The position numbers and the translations under genes were made by a program. Below the pieces are notes generated by a model. That model saw nothing but the letters and a program-made list of their open reading frames with translations. It was not told the DNA's origin and did no database searches. A DNA stretch of 60,815 bases, counting the filler, from Globobulimina sp. (taxonomy: Eukaryota): assembly GCA_003354225.1 (NCBI GenBank). It is 4 parts of 4 records of this genome, joined end to end, with 100 filler letters (N's around TTAATTAATTAA, not from the genome) between each part and the next. Parts side by side here need not be neighbours in the genome. Positions count along the whole stretch, not along the records: positions 46,256 to 60,815 come from PIVH01000007.1; 3 more parts are not named here. One strand, given 5' to 3'. Positions 58,001-60,815 of the stretch are shown in pieces; position 1 is the stretch's first letter; every line of letters starts with the position of its first letter.

Positions 58001-60815
58001 AATGGTCTTCGGTTAGCATCCCCCGTTTAGTAAAATAAACCCAGTTATCATAACATTCTTTAAAATGGGGAAATTCAATACCTGGCACTAAAAACAATGG
58101 TAAATCATCCCAGTTAGTTATTGGATAGCCACGCCCCGTTTCTACCGCAAATTGATGCAAATAATCTAAATACGCTATTGGTCCTTGACATACCTCGTCC
58201 TCTTCGTTCTTTAATTCGTATATAATTTTGTCAATTTCTTCTTTTGTTTCCGCGAATTTCCTTTCTGACTGTGGTTGGGTCGCAACAAACGAGTTGGCCC
58301 ATGCTGTTGCATGCAATTGTCGAGTCGGATTTTTCCCTGTTTGTTCACTGCTCTGATTCATTTTGTCTTTATTTGGACAATCTTGGCGCCAATGGCCCTT
58401 TTCTCCACATGTATGACATGTATATCCTGGACCTGGCGGTCCCCTTGGTCGTCTACTTGGCCCATATGATCGTCTCTGGTTTCCATATGGTGGTCGCCGT
58501 TGATTAATTTGAGCTGCTTGTTGAATCGAGTTTGGATTTCGAATGTTGATTCTGAGTACTCGTTCTTTTTCAACTGCACAGATATCCTTATCATACACAT
58601 TTGGAAAATATGCCATGGCTTGCATGCCGATGTATCTGGCAGCATTGCCTAAGCTACCATCCAGACAATAGGAAATTACTGTGTAGATGTTACCTTTGGA
58701 AAGTAATTTCAACTTTTCAACCAAATCCTGTGTTGTGACTGGATCTCCAGCGCGGGCATTTTCCCATACGACCTTGACCACTCTTCGGGCTTCATCTGAT
58801 GCAATTGCTTTCAAATCTTTTTCATTTGCCACTACAAATGGTGCCTGAGCGTCTTGCGTTACGGAAAATTTGTCCTTCCGTGGGGCTGTTGTAGCAACAT
58901 TGACTGGAAACAATGAGTATTCTGGTCTTTCCTCTGCAATGGTACGGAGCCCTACTGGTCGTCTCACTACTGGTTGTTCAATATTTGGAGCCAATTGCAT
59001 TGTATTGCGAATGCGTTTGGCCATTTTTGCCCAATTTGGTTCATCCATTCCTGCCAAATACTGTTGGACTGTTGGAAGATCTTCTGAATTTACTTTGCGT
59101 TGAAATTCTCTACACATTCGTCCATTTCTGTTGAACATAAATTCTTTAGGTGGATGAGCACTATCAAAAAAAACTCTAAAAACATTTAAAAACTCGAACA
59201 ATGGCATAGTGCCTTGCATTAATTTATCGTAAGCATCAGCTTGTGCGCCTCTGTCGCACGATGCATTACCGTACCGGTCTCTCAATTTAGTAATGACCAT
59301 GTGGGGTCGAAATTTTTCTCCCATTTGTGAGTGTATTTGTTTGTATATTTTCTTTGGTGCCCCTGACAAAAAATAAAATAGGTATTCTTCAAAATAATTA
59401 CGGTCACCCTGTAATGTACATACAATACGTGCATCGTCAATCCATGATTCCAAATTCTCACCTTGCAATCCCGAAAAAATTAATTCTGGAGTCACAACTT
59501 TATGATCGAATTTAATACGATGTTGTTTGATGCGAATGGTTCGGTCGCCTTGTGCTACCCCTGGGTGTGGTGTTCGTTCCCGCGGAGCTCTTGCATTAAA
59601 TTCTGTAGGGTCATGTTGACTGTTGCCCCTAGTGCCATCTCGATCACTCTGTATCGATATGATGGACTTTCGCGATTGTGAACTTTGATCTAATTTACTT
59701 TGTCTATAAGAATAATCGGGATTGTCATTCGATTTCTCTGGGATTGTATTATCTCTAGGTATTTTCCCTTGACTTTCAGGCGCCCAGTAATACTTTCCTG
59801 AATCAACTGTATTATCGGTTCTGGCCTTTCTCAAACCGTCATGAGTACTGTTCGAACGACTTTTGGCTTGGGGCACATGTACATTTTGGTCTAACGAATT
59901 CGACCGATTTGCACCTGTACCGTCAGCCAATTGTCTCGATGCTGCAATCAATGACTTTTGAAAATGGCCCAAATCGATAGGCTTTTGTTGACTGCTAGTA
60001 CTTTTAACAGTTCTCATAGACGTATACTTTTTATTCAACGGGGGTATAGATGGATCGATCTGTCCCGGTTGAGATAAATGTTTCCCCAAATTACCTGAAC
60101 CATTAGCAGTTGGTCGTTTTGAAATCGGCGATTGTACTGGATTAATCGATCTCGATGAATGTTGAGTCTCTTTAGATACATTTTGACCAATTGGTACTGG
60201 ACCGTTTTGACATTGAGGCTTGACCCGATATTTTTTTGTCAAATCCTTACTTGAATGGTCTTTTTGATTGTCGATTGTCGATTGTGATTGAGGTTGATTT
60301 CTGAAAGAAGTTTGTATTACTTGAGCGGCAGGGTCCGAAATTAAAGACTGCACTAATTTATTTGTTGACTGTAAACGACCTTTGAGTTCTGTATTCTCTG
60401 CTGTTAGTACTGTTTGCTTTTTAAATAATTGGTCCTGATTTTGCGTCAAAAGACCGTTCGCGGAATCAACAACGTTTTTAGCACGGCATAATTTAGCATT
60501 ATCGTCATTTTTCTTTTGAATTATGTCTTGGTACATATTGTCAAGATCTTGTTTATTTCGTCTTTCATTTGACAAATCTGTACAATTTTGCGCATGCGTC
60601 AATTTTAGTCGATCATTTTCTTTTTTCAAACGTTCAATTTCTTTTCGACTGTCTAATTCGGCCGGCGTCAGAACTGACGGTTCTGGATTCGATTGATTTC
60701 GCGACATTGTGCCCGATCGATTGAACAAATTCGAAACTCTGCCCGTAAGATTTTCGACAAACCCGATTCTGGTCGATTGAGAAATCGGTTTACTCGTTAT
60801 TATCGATGGTGAATT
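55068..60815 (-). CDS. Gag-protease polyprotein (coiled coil, capsid-like region, 2 CCHC knuckles, retropepsin), 5' truncated
   Basis: FSGLQGENLESWI..LSGAPK..LRDRY..LMQG capsid-like region; CHTCGEKGHWRQDC (58377-58418); LADTGSGLS (DTG 57450-57458) with IIFGLDWL; second knuckle 56010-56051. The frame is open to 60815. Confidence 0.88.
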   Translation of the reverse strand, partial: NSPSIITSKPISQSTRIGFVENLTGRVSNLFNRSGTMSRNQSNPEPSVLTPAELDSRKEIERLKKENDRLKLTHAQNCTDLSNERRNKQDLDNMYQDIIQKKNDDNAKLCRAKNVVDSANGLLTQNQDQLFKKQTVLTAENTELKGRLQSTNKLVQSLISDPAAQVIQTSFRNQPQSQSTIDNQKDHSSKDLTKKYRVKPQCQNGPVPIGQNVSKETQHSSRSINPVQSPISKRPTANGSGNLGKHLSQPGQIDPSIPPLNKKYTSMRTVKSTSSQQKPIDLGHFQKSLIAASRQLADGTGANRSNSLDQNVHVPQAKSRSNSTHDGLRKARTDNTVDSGKYYWAPESQGKIPRDNTIPEKSNDNPDYSYRQSKLDQSSQSRKSIISIQSDRDGTRGNSQHDPTEFNARAPRERTPHPGVAQGDRTIRIKQHRIKFDHKVVTPELIFSGLQGENLESWIDDARIVCTLQGDRNYFEEYLFYFLSGAPKKIYKQIHSQMGEKFRPHMVITKLRDRYGNASCDRGAQADAYDKLMQGTMPLFEFLNVFRVFFDSAHPPKEFMFNRNGRMCREFQRKVNSEDLPTVQQYLAGMDEPNWAKMAKRIRNTMQLAPNIEQPVVRRPVGLRTIAEERPEYSLFPVNVATTAPRKDKFSVTQDAQAPFVVANEKDLKAIASDEARRVVKVVWENARAGDPVTTQDLVEKLKLLSKGNIYTVISYCLDGSLGNAARYIGMQAMAYFPNVYDKDICAVEKERVLRINIRNPNSIQQAAQINQRRPPYGNQRRSYGPSRRPRGPPGPGYTCHTCGEKGHWRQDCPNKDKMNQSSEQTGKNPTRQLHATAWANSFVATQPQSERKFAETKEEIDKIIYELKNEEDEVCQGPIAYLDYLHQFAVETGRGYPITNWDDLPLFLVPGIEFPHFKECYDNWVYFTKRGMLTEDHWLTPLIEKSEREHRKRESEELEKKYTDSYRAKCVASSTVNETIEPIDNFGVCFAKMTGEPLGAVGGVHTNSSTSKNKRCKIINNKPVWVPKPSVSQPDTVLKDRSVTPNWVEVNNELVSPVPEPRVVRPNRLDKDTMNTTVLTVLPEEEVDPDSVIVLQPMEMAICIIQRCIKICKLAALADTGSGLSIAQLSVCKLLGIPMSAIRPCHHTVMSGFGGNIKILGKVVMSFAIGELHFKQTVHVVRDDRRLPLIIFGLDWLMQHNVQLDFVKSTMALYGEEYKLGRPRARCTSSGLAAAWAEMPGFQQDEQSSEEESDHLSPQDLQHINQIRNGAKNRHNRRQRQGRKEESTQTDENLRQNEGHHQQLRETLASAAALSLVIPGKWKQFTQESKDHYHQTLGTMLEAVSEPEVPIPGNRVVDIEALLRINRRRAPEERLPAAREDQRPPRRRIAPAARVMVDATEEPPVEREQVRPVRLRTRDGRIRRRLLDQIGYDVETGDRPLGTVAWTNAVGQTVGSTIENLAAEVAMEEEQVRRSQVLNGFIHEEPQLEQAFPPGGVAAWTNEDGESVSGTMDEFNAYMARATERERQRVLQLPGLFGEIERTRQRRENQMRRYVQRQADQEAQMAAMNHQQQHGRRRATMPGPDYVCHTCHIQGHWRHECPEQDSDETPELQESLTPTTEELREIHRGLRRREYFESRGQQITDEQAWPHVPMSVVRNYQARALITNDQDQQLQNGAQAEGIDDAEPTIAASWPDVEFCKDPNVEWMCQACSEFKPCPYSTRYGNEPPMSPSLTQAAGSSDPEPNRWEVQGPRGTQNITRYVTRELNRGANKKRQGENKGTPITDAEAWPKVPMTLVQEYFRRYNGKELGRYYQIYGNIRDDGTVSIVDPPQGTMVTNPREITSIAEFQRRAKCTDFSQACCDQCKCGEPCVVSPSSQQYVQWKRFEKERQVQRERGGDSGNPKGSTGRQAKQ

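Larger units (their letters stand above)
46725..60815 (-). mobile_element. LTR retroelement (Ty3/Gypsy-like Gag-PR) lacking RT/RH/IN and carrying an SF1B helicase ORF
   Basis: gag-pro ORF, helicase ORF, PPT and LTR in canonical order on one strand; 5' end truncated by the window. Confidence 0.8.

Overview
The window is not one locus. It is four unrelated contigs joined by 100-nt N/TTAATTAATTAA/N spacers (15924-16023, 31076-31175, 46156-46255). (1) 1-15923 is a crAss-like (Crassvirales-type) phage fragment. It has a plus-strand replication/nucleotide-metabolism module (SSB-like, primase, PD-(D/E)XK nucleases, HAD, DUF5664) converging on two giant minus-strand virion genes, one a two-barrel virion RNA polymerase with the DFDID motif. 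Its intergenic gaps hold four strongly base-paired elements. (2) 16024-31075 and (3) 31176-46155 are AT-rich, gene-dense eukaryotic contigs with short GT-AG introns (protist; foraminifera-like by inference). They encode PDI, a CMGC kinase, NCKX, MAK16, a GDP-sugar transporter, an L/F-tRNA-protein-transferase-like protein, a hemerythrin, a broken actin, a NOT4-type RRM/ZnF-DEDDy exonuclease-SAM fusion and a giant multi-exon protein with two ADP-ribosyltransferase-like domains. (4) 46256-60815 is the most striking part: a minus-strand LTR retroelement. It has an intact Gag-CCHC-aspartic protease ORF but no visible RT, RNase H or integrase, followed by an intact 2156-aa CCHC + Upf1-like SF1B helicase ORF, a PPT, a ~1.06-kb TG..CA LTR, a tRNA-Leu-type PBS, and the start of an internally deleted tandem copy sharing that LTR. 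All calls come from reading motifs by eye; no database searches were run.
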